DNA of 64,000 nucleotides. It comes from a bacterium. Lineage in GTDB: Bacteria; Patescibacteriota; Dojkabacteria; B142; OLB20. Positions 46,601 through 55,688 of this stretch are shown here, one piece after another. Location: positions 174,277 to 238,276 of the forward strand of contig JAJTYI010000004.1 of NCBI GenBank assembly GCA_021463645.1, read 5' to 3'. The position numbers were made by a program, and so were the translations under genes. The first letter of the stretch is position 1. Every line of letters begins with the position of its first letter. The notes beneath the pieces were generated by a model. The model saw only the letters and a program-made list of their open reading frames with translations. It searched no databases and was not told where the DNA came from.

Positions 46601-47872
46601 TCAGGAACTGCAAGTCGTGTTCCTACTGGTAAATTCACGGAAGCTGCATTATTATCTAGTGAAGTCGAGGTGTTGTCCGTAACAACTAGAAAAGCACTAA
46701 TTAGCTGGGTGACAGATAGGGTTAGTGATTCGAAAATTGAATATGGACTAGAGTCCGGAAAATATTTTGAAGAGGAAGTGAGTAATAGTGCCCAAGTGAT
46801 AAGCCACAATATTACTCTTAACAATTTGACACCAGGAACAACATATTTTTATAAAGTTAAATGGACTGATGTAGATGGGAATACTGGTGTAAGTGATGAA
46901 AAGTCTTTTGCCACTTTACCTCCTCCAGTAGTGTCAAATGTTTCGGCAAGTGCTATTACTACGAATTCAGCATTAATAAACTTCAGAGTGAGAAATGCAA
47001 CAAGAGTGTCCCTCGTATACGGGACAACAGAAACTTACGGAGGGAGTGAAGAAATTGCTACTTCGACTGAAGAATCTGAATATTCGATTCGATTGGGTAA
47101 TTTACAAGATGGAGTTACCTATAATTATAAATTCTTCCTGCAGGATATTGACGGAAATAATAATGACTCTGTTGTAAATTTCCAATTTGCGACTTTGCCA
47201 CTACCACAAATTAATAATCTAAGATTCGAAGAAGTGAAGAATACATCTCAACCAACAGTTAATGTATTTTGGGAAACCAATGTATTAACACTTGGATTTG
47301 TAGAATATGTAAATCAGGACAACCCAAGTGAGGATAGAACCCAAGCCGAAAGTGAATATTCCAATGAGCACGAATTAACCCTAACCGGATTAACTGCGAA
47401 TACAAATTACACTTTAATAGTTAGTGCCAGAGATTCTCTTGGGAATGTAGTTCAATCGGGGGAGTTTACATTCACTACTGCAAGTGACTCTAGGCCACCT
47501 GCAATATCAAATGTAAAAATTGAAACACGTCTTTCCGATGCCTCAGTAGAATTCGGTGCAGATGTATCGGCACAATTGATACTTACCTGGGACACAGATG
47601 AACTTGCTACAAGTCAAGTTCAGTTCGCACAAGGAACATCTGGAGACTATACTCAAAAAACTGCACTTGATGAAAATTTGACCTTTAATCACTTAGTGGT
47701 TATAAATAACTTAAGCCCGAGTAGCGTTTATAAATTACAAGTTTTGTCAAAAGATGATGTAGGTAATGAGGCAAGGGGTAAGAATATTGTCACGATTACT
47801 GCACAATCAAAAGAAAATCCTTTGGAAGTCATTTTTGGAAGGTTGTCGGAGGTATTTGGTTTCTTAAGATAG
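43631..47872 (+). CDS. Giant secreted/anchored surface protein: DUF2341-like, LamG/ConA-like lectin, multiple FN3/Ig-like repeats
   Basis: 1413 aa. N-terminal signal anchor, SPWTQTEWSGG, DUF2341 pattern (WGYRKK..DFPVLV..DGSDIRF..IWVKIP..YLYYGN), a LamG-like block, and FN3-like repeats (ISWVTDRVSDSKIEYG...). Paralogue of the next gene. Confidence 0.85.
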   Translation: MKLTLNRLRFLVSLGWIFLIGIFSVVGTDRVGSVLSATSPWTQTEWSGGQTDDLAIGTVTTYKQMENLVTTSGNLTLALKSPWMNEDWGYRKKLVIDNTTANLGIASEQHLDFPVLVTLNTDNFDYSKANEDGSDIRFTDSDALTLLDYQIETWDISGDSFIWVKIPQIDLDSDTDNFYLYYGNASAIDAQNPSGVWSNSFEGVWLLNDPNDTTLVLDSAGNPTSENGTALAGITNASKIKSGIGGALQFGSITTDYITLGMPANLDFTPNAQEFTIDAWVKFPVNASGTFFSKGSNTAANIQYEMYIGTNRLYSRVGGVARDSTKIIGDGEWHHIVLRNYNSSGLKIFQYVDGLQGGTPIASGAGVITDRDVIIGGRRSSTNANITSSLSAGVEMAMVRASSVARTPAWIAATFKSESNSFFEFESEEMKYETNGSVLSNILDAEVLQDWGVLNYTNTGSSSLEVKVRSGNEPDLSDSEQSWSECSTISSGSTLGSGGCVTNKTRYIQYKVEFVATDAQTPILEDISLAFTLADIVRPPTNATNIEIANFSSGDWINSSPTITWDPGVDNDGGSGILGYCVSVDESEPDSTHSLDPEANAGILQGLDDGVVSSACPYIVEGEEFNLSSINGLNLTSGKQYYFSIKAIDQSDNINNTGAFQDLLSFKFDNTPPTPPSYVSMPTNFLSSKSVTVSWPSTGPGSAEDVHSGIAGLQYKIGTDGTWYGDLHTGVEDINDILVNDGSYTTSPDYDYSQLIEGTNFFYIRAVDNLGNVTSDQDVTTGLIKINTSAPSKVLNLSVNNSNNTENSYSFDWDQPATFTGQASGISYCYTINTIPDENSCTFTEPGVTELPSDAYATQPGVNTLYVVAKDEAGNINYATYSETGASITFTYSGSAPGIPTNTDISDISIKSTENWRLVISWNSPTNIGAGVSYYNIYRKVGEASCLSNFSSFSKVGSSNSTSYIDPDLQPVLYSYCIKACDSANNCSASSGTASRVPTGKFTEAALLSSEVEVLSVTTRKALISWVTDRVSDSKIEYGLESGKYFEEEVSNSAQVISHNITLNNLTPGTTYFYKVKWTDVDGNTGVSDEKSFATLPPPVVSNVSASAITTNSALINFRVRNATRVSLVYGTTETYGGSEEIATSTEESEYSIRLGNLQDGVTYNYKFFLQDIDGNNNDSVVNFQFATLPLPQINNLRFEEVKNTSQPTVNVFWETNVLTLGFVEYVNQDNPSEDRTQAESEYSNEHELTLTGLTANTNYTLIVSARDSLGNVVQSGEFTFTTASDSRPPAISNVKIETRLSDASVEFGADVSAQLILTWDTDELATSQVQFAQGTSGDYTQKTALDENLTFNHLVVINNLSPSSVYKLQVLSKDDVGNEARGKNIVTITAQSKENPLEVIFGRLSEVFGFLR

Positions 47873-47876
47873 TTCG

Positions 47877-50800
47877 ATGCATGCAAAGAAAATTCTTGCG
47901 ATAAAAACTCTTAGTTTCTCAGTGTTATTCGTAGCTGTAATTTTTCTTGGAACACGAATCAAAGGTAATTTAAATGAGTTCGGTAATGTACTTTCAGCCA
48001 ACTCCCCTTGGATTCAGACAGATTGGAGTGGGGGTGTATATAACCAAATTGTAACGGGTAATGTAAATACTTATATATCCGAAACCGCTATTGATGCTGC
48101 TCTGAATGGTGAAATTAAATTACTTGAAAAAGAGGAGTGGGCTGTTGATTATAATGGATGGCAATATCGTAAGAAAATAAATTTTAATAACACTGATGCA
48201 TTTCTAAATGTCGAAAGTCAAGACTTGATTGATTTTCCGGTTCTTATTGTTCTTCAGCAAGGTGTAAATTTTGATTATACTAAATCTAAAGATAATGGTC
48301 AGGACATACGATTTGCTGATTCAAATGGAAATGTATTAAATTATGAAATAGAAAGATGGGAAGAAAATGGATCCTCCTATATTTGGGTAAAAGTCCCTCA
48401 GATTGATCAAAATTCAAATTCAAGTTATATATATGTCTACTACGGAAATTCTAGTGCATCAGATAGTCAAAACATTACTGGAGTTTGGAAGGATGATTAT
48501 AAAGGAGTATGGCATTTTAAGGAAGTTGTACATAATTCATGCACTGGTAATGTAAATGATACTTGTGATTCTACAATCAACTCAATTAACGGTTCATGGA
48601 CTGGCACTTTCCTTTCTGCAAATGGAAAAATTGGAAAAGCAGGTCAGTTTACTAATAATGCTACTAATTTCCTGGATTTCGGAGATAATGCAGTCTTTGA
48701 TTTTGGGAATAGCGACTTTACTATAGAGACTTGGTCGAATAGAAATATTGTCAATAGTGATTGGAATTCATCTGTGATTACAAAATGGAATACTGGAGCA
48801 TCACCATCAACAAATGAATGGTCAATTTCTTGGGGTTCTGGAGGTTCAAGATCTACTGTCCCTGGTTTTACGATGGTATCTGGATCTACTAATTATAATG
48901 CTAATTCAACCGAAAGTTTACTTACACAAACATGGAATCATATCGTAGCAGTCAGAGAAAACACGAATATACTTTTATATGTTAACGGAGTATTGCATGC
49001 AACAACTCCTGTTGGGTCTGTTTCTGTAAATAATGTACCCGGAAGAACACTTAAAGTTGCTAAAATTGATGCAGGGAGTTATGGATTTGATGGTTTGATA
49101 GATGAAATAAAGATTTCTAGAACTGCAAAGTCCCGATCGTGGATAGCGGCAACTTATAAGTCGGAAAATAATCAATTTGCCTCCTTTTCTCAAGAAGATC
49201 TCAAATATAATGATAGTGGTTATCTAGTTTCAAACATTCTTGATTCAGGTGTGTCAATGGACTGGGGATTACTAAACTACACAAGTTCAGGAACAGGTAC
49301 GGTAACAGTTAAGGTACGAACAGACAACTCGTCTGATATGAGTGGAGCAACAGGCTGGGGAACGTGTGGTGCAGTTACAAGCGGAACTGACACTTCTGCA
49401 AACAACTGTGTAGACGATGGAGATAGATATATCCAATATCAAGTAACTCTTCAACCAAGTGGAGCATCAACTCCAGTATTTGAAGATATTAGCATAGCTT
49501 TTGTTCCATCAGATCAACTAGCACCAGAAGTAAACGCAACAGATGTTGAAATCTCAGGACTTGCAAACAGCGGAGATTGGTATGCAACAGAACCAACAAT
49601 CACATGGACAGCAGGAGCAGATGACTTAGGGGGTAATGGGATTTTAGGATATTGTATAGCAATAGATGAAGCAGAACCAAATGCCAGTAACGGACTAAAT
49701 CCAGCGATGACCTCAGGAATACTAACAGGTAAGAATGACGGAGTAGCACAAGAGTATTGCCCCTACATAGTAGTGGGAGAAGAATTAGAGGTAAGTGCAG
49801 TAATAGGACTGGATTTGATTGCAGGTAAACAATACTACATATCAATAAAAGCAGTAGATATCGCAGGAAATATCTACACAGGAACAGATGAAACATGGAA
49901 AGATCTACTATCATTCAAGTATGACAACGAAGAACCAACAGCACCATTCTACATATCATTACCCGCAAACTTTCTATCATCAAAAGACGTAGTAGTAACA
50001 TGGCCGGTAGGAGTAGGAGGAGCAGATGACTTACACTCAGGACTAGCAGGACTACAGTACAGGATAGGAGACACAGGAACATGGTATGGAGACCTACATA
50101 CAGGAACAGAAGATATCAATGACCTACTAATAAACGACGGTTCGTATGTAACAGACGAGACATACGATTACCCAGAACTAGTAGAAGGAAACAACCTAAT
50201 CTACTTCAGGGCAGTAGATAATCTAGGGAATGTAACAGCACCAGAGAACTATGTAAAAGGAATATTGAAGCTAAATACAGTGGCACCATCTCCAGTAAGA
50301 AATCTCTCCGTAAACCCAATAAACGGAACAGAAAACAATTACACATTTACATGGGATGTCCCAGGAACATATACAGGATCAAGTTCAGGGATAAGATACT
50401 GTTACACAGTAAACGCAATACCGTCAGTATCAAATTGCATATACACAGATCCGGGAGTAACAACCATAGGACCAGATGCATATGCAACACAACCAGGAGA
50501 GAATACAATGTACGTAGTAGCAAAAGATGAAGCAGGAAACATCAACTATGCAACATACTCGGAACCAGGATCAAGTGTAACGTATACATACTCAGGAACA
50601 GCACCAGGAATGGCACAGAACTTGGATGTAGCAGATATCTCGGTAAAAGCAACACTGAATTGGAGACTGGTACTATCGTGGGATCAACCAACAAACATAG
50701 GAGCAGGGATATCCTACTACAATATTTATCGTAGTGAGACAGCAACTTCATGTGTATCTTCACAGAGTGCATTCACAAAAGTAGGGTCAAGTACAAGTAC

Positions 50801-52151
50801 ATCATACATAGATCCAAACCTACAACAAAAAACATACAATTATTGTATAAAGGCATGTGATAGTGCAAACAACTGTTCAGCGAGTTCAGGGACGGTAGGG
50901 AGATTACCAACAGGGAAGTTCACGGAACCAGCAGAGTTGCTATCTCCACCGGAGGTAGTGAGTTTTACAACAAGGAAGGCAGTGATTAATTGGATAACAG
51001 ACAGAGTATCAGACTCTAGTATTCAGTATGGTCTTGAAAGTGGTGTCTACTTCGAAGCAGAAGTAGCAAACAGTAATCAACTAGCTGTACATACAATTCC
51101 TCTCAATAATCTCGAACCAGGAACTACATACTATTACAGAGCAAAATGGACTGATGTAGATGGAAACACAGGTGTAAGTGAGGAAAAAACTTTCTCTACT
51201 CTTCCGGCCCCAACAATCTCAAACACAATAACAACTAACGTCACTACAAATTCGGCGGTTGTCACATTTTTAGTAAGAAATTCAGTAGAAGCAACTATTT
51301 TATACGGATTATCCGATAATTATGGTGGCTCACAAACGATACCAACCTCTACAATAGAGTCGACTTATTCATTGCAACTTACAAATCTTCAAGAAGGTAC
51401 ATTGTACAACTACAAACTGAATCTATTGGATGTCGATGGGAATAACTATACTTATTTTGAGAATCATCAATTTACAACATTACCATATCCGCGAGTACAA
51501 GATATCCAAGTACAAGAAGTAAAAAACAGCGCTCAACCAACAGTCGATGTAAATTGGATATCAAATGTACCAATAAGTACCCAAGTTAATTACTATCCTC
51601 TAGATGACACTAATCAGAAAAGGGATAAGCTCGATGTAGAATTAAAAACAGAACACAAAATATCGATTTCAGAATTACAACCAAACAGAAGATACGGTAT
51701 GATAATAACTGGAAGAGATGCAATAGGAAATCAAGCTGTATCTGATGAATATCAATTCACAACAGCAGCAGACTCAAGACCACCAGAAATAAGAAACATA
51801 AAGGTAGAGACAAGAGTAAGTAATACAAATACAGGAGAACAAGCACAAACACAGTTGATAGTGACATGGGATACGGATGAAGAAGCAACAAGTCAGATAG
51901 AATATGGAGAAGGTTCAGGAGGGACATATACACAGAGGAGTTTGGTAGATGACAATCTAACGTTCAATCATTTAGTAATAGTAAACAATCTACGACCAAG
52001 TAGTGTGTATCACTTCAGAGTGGTATCGGCAGATAGTGCAGGGAATGAATCAAGTGGAAAGAATGTAGTAACGATAACAGCACAAGTAAGTGAAAACCCA
52101 TTGGACATAATTATCTCTAGATTAACTGAAGTGTTTGGTTTTATCCGCTAG
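47877..52151 (+). CDS. Giant surface protein, paralogue of 43631-47872 (DUF2341-like, LamG-like, FN3 repeats)
   Basis: 1424 aa with the same architecture and the same C-terminal tail (ENPLDIIISRLTEVFGFIR). Starts 4 nt after the previous stop. Confidence 0.85.
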   Translation: MHAKKILAIKTLSFSVLFVAVIFLGTRIKGNLNEFGNVLSANSPWIQTDWSGGVYNQIVTGNVNTYISETAIDAALNGEIKLLEKEEWAVDYNGWQYRKKINFNNTDAFLNVESQDLIDFPVLIVLQQGVNFDYTKSKDNGQDIRFADSNGNVLNYEIERWEENGSSYIWVKVPQIDQNSNSSYIYVYYGNSSASDSQNITGVWKDDYKGVWHFKEVVHNSCTGNVNDTCDSTINSINGSWTGTFLSANGKIGKAGQFTNNATNFLDFGDNAVFDFGNSDFTIETWSNRNIVNSDWNSSVITKWNTGASPSTNEWSISWGSGGSRSTVPGFTMVSGSTNYNANSTESLLTQTWNHIVAVRENTNILLYVNGVLHATTPVGSVSVNNVPGRTLKVAKIDAGSYGFDGLIDEIKISRTAKSRSWIAATYKSENNQFASFSQEDLKYNDSGYLVSNILDSGVSMDWGLLNYTSSGTGTVTVKVRTDNSSDMSGATGWGTCGAVTSGTDTSANNCVDDGDRYIQYQVTLQPSGASTPVFEDISIAFVPSDQLAPEVNATDVEISGLANSGDWYATEPTITWTAGADDLGGNGILGYCIAIDEAEPNASNGLNPAMTSGILTGKNDGVAQEYCPYIVVGEELEVSAVIGLDLIAGKQYYISIKAVDIAGNIYTGTDETWKDLLSFKYDNEEPTAPFYISLPANFLSSKDVVVTWPVGVGGADDLHSGLAGLQYRIGDTGTWYGDLHTGTEDINDLLINDGSYVTDETYDYPELVEGNNLIYFRAVDNLGNVTAPENYVKGILKLNTVAPSPVRNLSVNPINGTENNYTFTWDVPGTYTGSSSGIRYCYTVNAIPSVSNCIYTDPGVTTIGPDAYATQPGENTMYVVAKDEAGNINYATYSEPGSSVTYTYSGTAPGMAQNLDVADISVKATLNWRLVLSWDQPTNIGAGISYYNIYRSETATSCVSSQSAFTKVGSSTSTSYIDPNLQQKTYNYCIKACDSANNCSASSGTVGRLPTGKFTEPAELLSPPEVVSFTTRKAVINWITDRVSDSSIQYGLESGVYFEAEVANSNQLAVHTIPLNNLEPGTTYYYRAKWTDVDGNTGVSEEKTFSTLPAPTISNTITTNVTTNSAVVTFLVRNSVEATILYGLSDNYGGSQTIPTSTIESTYSLQLTNLQEGTLYNYKLNLLDVDGNNYTYFENHQFTTLPYPRVQDIQVQEVKNSAQPTVDVNWISNVPISTQVNYYPLDDTNQKRDKLDVELKTEHKISISELQPNRRYGMIITGRDAIGNQAVSDEYQFTTAADSRPPEIRNIKVETRVSNTNTGEQAQTQLIVTWDTDEEATSQIEYGEGSGGTYTQRSLVDDNLTFNHLVIVNNLRPSSVYHFRVVSADSAGNESSGKNVVTITAQVSENPLDIIISRLTEVFGFIR

Positions 52152-52197
52152 GGTGTTAAAACTTGCCAATGTAAAACAAAACAATTAATATAAAGTA

Positions 52198-54585
52198 TTG
52201 AAAAATCTTATGGAATCGAAACCAATTATACAACTCAAGAATGTAACTAAAGATTTTCAGGTCAAAATTCAGGAAATTAAAGTTTTAAGAGGTATTACTT
52301 TAGATATAATGCCAGGGGAGTTTGTTGTCATATTGGGTCCATCTGGGTCAGGTAAATCAACCATCTTAAATCTAATTCTTGGGTTAGAACCTCCTACAAG
52401 TGGGGAAGTAATATTCAAAGGTATTCCAATACATAATCAAACACCTGATTTTATTGCGGAAATTAGAAAAAATGAAGTCGGAATGGTACATCAGCAAGCA
52501 AATTGGATTAGATCACTTTCTGTAATTGAAAATGTTGGTTTCCCATTGGCACTTAGGAACATTCCTAAACACAAATTAATGAACAAAGCTAGAGAGAAGC
52601 TCGATATTTTCGGTATGGGTGGTTGGGCAAATTTCATGCCTAGCGAACTTTCTTCTGGACAGCAACAAAAAGTGGGTTTGGCAAGAGCACTAGTGACAGA
52701 TCCAGATATCATAGTTGCAGATGAGCCTACAGGAAACTTGGACTTTAAAAGTGGAAGAAGATTAGTAGAGTTGTTATCCGGTCTGACGAAAGATGGGAAA
52801 ACCGTAATTATGGTTACCCATGACTTGGAGTATATTGAGTTTGCAGACAGAATCATCAGAATTCTAGATGGAAAAGTCTTTGAAGAGATTAATAACAAAC
52901 ATGGGAAACACAATATAGATGAACTTAAGCAAAAAATAGTTACTCAAAATGTTGAAGCAGAAAAGTTTTACGAATCCGCAGAGGACAGTGCTCCTAGCGT
53001 ATATAGGGCAAAATCAAAGATGCAGAAATTCAAACAAAGTATCAAAGCGTTCAATATGAAATCTGCAATAAAAAAAGAATTGCAGTCTTATAAAATAATC
53101 ATAGAATTATTTTTCGTTGTTATTACACTTTTATTAGTAATCATATCAATAGGGTATAGATTTATTGATAAGTTCCTTGGTTTTAAATATTGGCCTAATT
53201 TTATGAGGACAATTCAGTATAGATTTTCGGATATTTACTATAAATTCTTAGACAAAATAGTTCAGTATCGAGGTGAAAGCGTGAATTTCGCAGATATGAT
53301 TGATCTTTCAGTAAAGAATCTTATGTCTAAAAAAACTAGAACTTACGTAACTGTTGGTGGTGTTGCAATGGGAATTGCTTTTACAGTATTCCTAGTTTCT
53401 ATAGGCTTTGGATTAGAACGGCTGGTTCTACAGAATTTTTCAAAGTTAGATCAACTTCGTTCAATTGATGCATATTCTTCAGTTAGTCAAAATGTCCAAA
53501 TTAACGATAAAACTGTCTCGGATTTGAAGAATGTAACCGGAGTTGAACAAGTACTTCCAATTATCGCGATTGCTGGTAAAGTTAATCTTCAAGGATCTGA
53601 GACAGATATTGTAGCTTATGGGGTTGAAAGAGAGTACTTGAGGAGATCAGACCTAAACTTACTACATGGGGAATTTTTTCCAGATTTACAAATTGCACAA
53701 AACACAGACAATGTAAAAGGTGAAGAAGATGCTGTATCTGATGAAACACTAGAAGAAGATGGTAATCAAGTTAAAAAAGTTCGTATTCCTCAAAATTCAC
53801 AACAACAAACAGTTGTAAATACAGCTTTTTTGGATTTATTCGGTTTAGAGTATGAATCTGCTATTGGTAGCGAGTTTGATGTTTCGTTGATCGCTACTCA
53901 AGAATTAGCGGAAGGAGAAGAAGTGGATTTGGAAAGTTACCCTACAACTTATAAAATCACATCTGTTGTTTCTAATTTTTCTATTCCAGTGATTTACGTT
54001 CCGCTAAAAGATGTACAAGCCCTAGGGGTACAAACATATTCACAAGCCAGAATTATTACTGCATCCCAAGACAACGTACCAGAAGTAAGACAAAAAATAG
54101 ATGTCATGGGATATAGAACGGAATCAATTTTAGACACTATCACACAAATAGAGTCCACTTTCAGAAATATTAGGTTGGTATTAACTAGTGTTGGTATGGT
54201 TGCCCTAGCTGTTGCATCATTTGGTATGTTTAATACATTGACTGTGTCTCTACTTGAAAGGATTCGAGAGGTGGGTCTTCTAAAAGTGATGGGGATGAAG
54301 AGTGTTGAGATCAAGGATTTGTTCCTCACGGAGTCAATCTTGTTAGGACTCGGAGGTGGAGTTCTTGGAATTGTAATCGGATTGGTTAGCGGAACAGTTG
54401 TTTCTACAATTATTTCATCTATTGCTATTTCTCGTGGTTACGAATCTATTCAGGTTGCGAGTATACCATTCGCATCTCTGATGGCAATTCTTCTTGTAGC
54501 TACAGTAACTGGAATGCTCACAGGTCTATATCCATCTAGACGTGCCACAAACATTTCTGCACTTAACGCATTAAGATACGAATAA
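52198..54585 (+). CDS. Fused ABC transporter: ATP-binding domain plus FtsX/MacB-type permease
   Basis: 795 aa. Walker A GPSGSGKST, signature LSSGQQQKV, Walker B IIVADEPTGNLD and H-loop VTHD. Then the FtsX/MacB-type permease domain, with a large loop between TM helices and the C-terminal LYPSRRA motif. TTG at 52198 or ATG at 52210. Confidence 0.88.
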   Translation: MKNLMESKPIIQLKNVTKDFQVKIQEIKVLRGITLDIMPGEFVVILGPSGSGKSTILNLILGLEPPTSGEVIFKGIPIHNQTPDFIAEIRKNEVGMVHQQANWIRSLSVIENVGFPLALRNIPKHKLMNKAREKLDIFGMGGWANFMPSELSSGQQQKVGLARALVTDPDIIVADEPTGNLDFKSGRRLVELLSGLTKDGKTVIMVTHDLEYIEFADRIIRILDGKVFEEINNKHGKHNIDELKQKIVTQNVEAEKFYESAEDSAPSVYRAKSKMQKFKQSIKAFNMKSAIKKELQSYKIIIELFFVVITLLLVIISIGYRFIDKFLGFKYWPNFMRTIQYRFSDIYYKFLDKIVQYRGESVNFADMIDLSVKNLMSKKTRTYVTVGGVAMGIAFTVFLVSIGFGLERLVLQNFSKLDQLRSIDAYSSVSQNVQINDKTVSDLKNVTGVEQVLPIIAIAGKVNLQGSETDIVAYGVEREYLRRSDLNLLHGEFFPDLQIAQNTDNVKGEEDAVSDETLEEDGNQVKKVRIPQNSQQQTVVNTAFLDLFGLEYESAIGSEFDVSLIATQELAEGEEVDLESYPTTYKITSVVSNFSIPVIYVPLKDVQALGVQTYSQARIITASQDNVPEVRQKIDVMGYRTESILDTITQIESTFRNIRLVLTSVGMVALAVASFGMFNTLTVSLLERIREVGLLKVMGMKSVEIKDLFLTESILLGLGGGVLGIVIGLVSGTVVSTIISSIAISRGYESIQVASIPFASLMAILLVATVTGMLTGLYPSRRATNISALNALRYE

Positions 54586-54590
54586 AATTT

Positions 54591-55655
54591 ATGGGTGATT
54601 TCGATATTAGCCAAATAAATAATGCTAGTGAACAAGAATCGCCAAAAAACAAGCGTAACTTTTCCTCAATTGTTAAAAAAGGTCTAATTATTTTCTCACT
54701 AATTTTTGTTGTTATCTCTGCAATTTTTATCTATTCATATAAGTATAGAAATAGGTCAGATGATATAACCATAGGATATTCATCTGAGGAAGATATAGCC
54801 CTAGTGAGTATAGCTGAGAATTTAAAATATTTTGCAGATAAAGAAGTGGAGATTGATTATCGAAACTATGATGACGAATTAGAATTAATTCAAGCGCTTT
54901 CAGAGTCAAAGGTTGACGTGGTCTTTGTGGAGGACCTATCTATAGTAATGGCAAATCCCGCAGAAAATAAAAATAAAATCATAACTTCGGTTTTAAATGC
55001 AGAAAAATATTTTTTTGTTGTCGACGTAAAGAAAGGTGTTTTTGATGTTTCGAGTTTGAGTGGCCAAGAATTAGGTGTACCAGATTCATATAAAACAGAT
55101 TATTGGCTCGCAAAAGGATTGATTAATGCAGGAATAGATAAAAGGGACGTGATTATTGAAACCTACAAGCCTGAGAAACTGGCAGAAGAGTTGGCTAATG
55201 CAGAGGTAACCGGAATTTTTGCATGGCAGCCATATGTATATGAATCTGAGACATTTGAAGGTTCTGAAGTTCAACAAATTGTTTTACCAATTCAAAGAGA
55301 AGAGCAATCTTATAATTATCTATTAACTTCGGAAAGTTATCTTGAAAATAATGCAGAGGATTTGAAAAAATTGGTTTTATCTTTAATATCCGCTGAACAA
55401 TACATCGTAGAAAATAACGACATCTCTGTAGAATATCTAGCGGGTGAGTGGTCTAGTGAAAAAAGATATGTAACAGAAATTTTGAATTCATACAATTACG
55501 AAGTAAATATTTCTCGAGAATCCAAACTATCGTTATCTGAAAAATACGAATGGTCAAAGACAAAATCCCGCAGTCAAGACGAGGAATTTCAAATCGAAAG
55601 TATCTACTACTACAATCTTTTGAGAGAAATCGACCCGAAAAGAGCTGAGTTTTGA
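54591..55655 (+). CDS. Membrane-anchored periplasmic-binding-protein-like protein (NMT1/SsuA-like)
   Basis: 354 aa. N-terminal TM, then ITIGYSSEEDIALVSIAENLKYFADKEVEIDYRNY..ALSESKVDVVF and ELGVPDSY..TGIFAWQPY, the pattern of type 2 SBPs of the NMT1/TauA/SsuA class. Confidence 0.6.
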   Translation: MGDFDISQINNASEQESPKNKRNFSSIVKKGLIIFSLIFVVISAIFIYSYKYRNRSDDITIGYSSEEDIALVSIAENLKYFADKEVEIDYRNYDDELELIQALSESKVDVVFVEDLSIVMANPAENKNKIITSVLNAEKYFFVVDVKKGVFDVSSLSGQELGVPDSYKTDYWLAKGLINAGIDKRDVIIETYKPEKLAEELANAEVTGIFAWQPYVYESETFEGSEVQQIVLPIQREEQSYNYLLTSESYLENNAEDLKKLVLSLISAEQYIVENNDISVEYLAGEWSSEKRYVTEILNSYNYEVNISRESKLSLSEKYEWSKTKSRSQDEEFQIESIYYYNLLREIDPKRAEF

Positions 55656-55661
55656 TAGAAT
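55653..55661 (+). promoter_or_regulatory. Candidate extended -10 promoter (TGATAGAAT) for pgl-gnd-zwf
   Basis: Overlaps the stop codon of the upstream gene, 28 nt before the pgl ATG. Confidence 0.35.
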
Positions 55662-55688
55662 GTTTAGTTAATTAATATCGTCGAAAAA

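Noticed and set aside
49600-50772. Leu-rich antisense ORFs inside giant gene 2 (49600-49914, 50542-50772); similar ones in gene 1
   Set aside because: They are a by-product of the purine-rich coding strand. They are low-complexity and fully nested in a well-supported long ORF.
49300-52110. Diversity-generating retroelement (A-rich template/variable repeat) as explanation for the A-rich tracts
   Set aside because: There is no reverse transcriptase and no short TR/VR pair in the window. Differences between paralogues are spread over kilobases and concentrated at synonymous third positions, not at adenine-specific sites.
52491-52913. 140-aa antisense ORF within the ABC ATPase domain
   Set aside because: It is nested opposite a gene with complete Walker A, signature and Walker B motifs, and has no features of its own.
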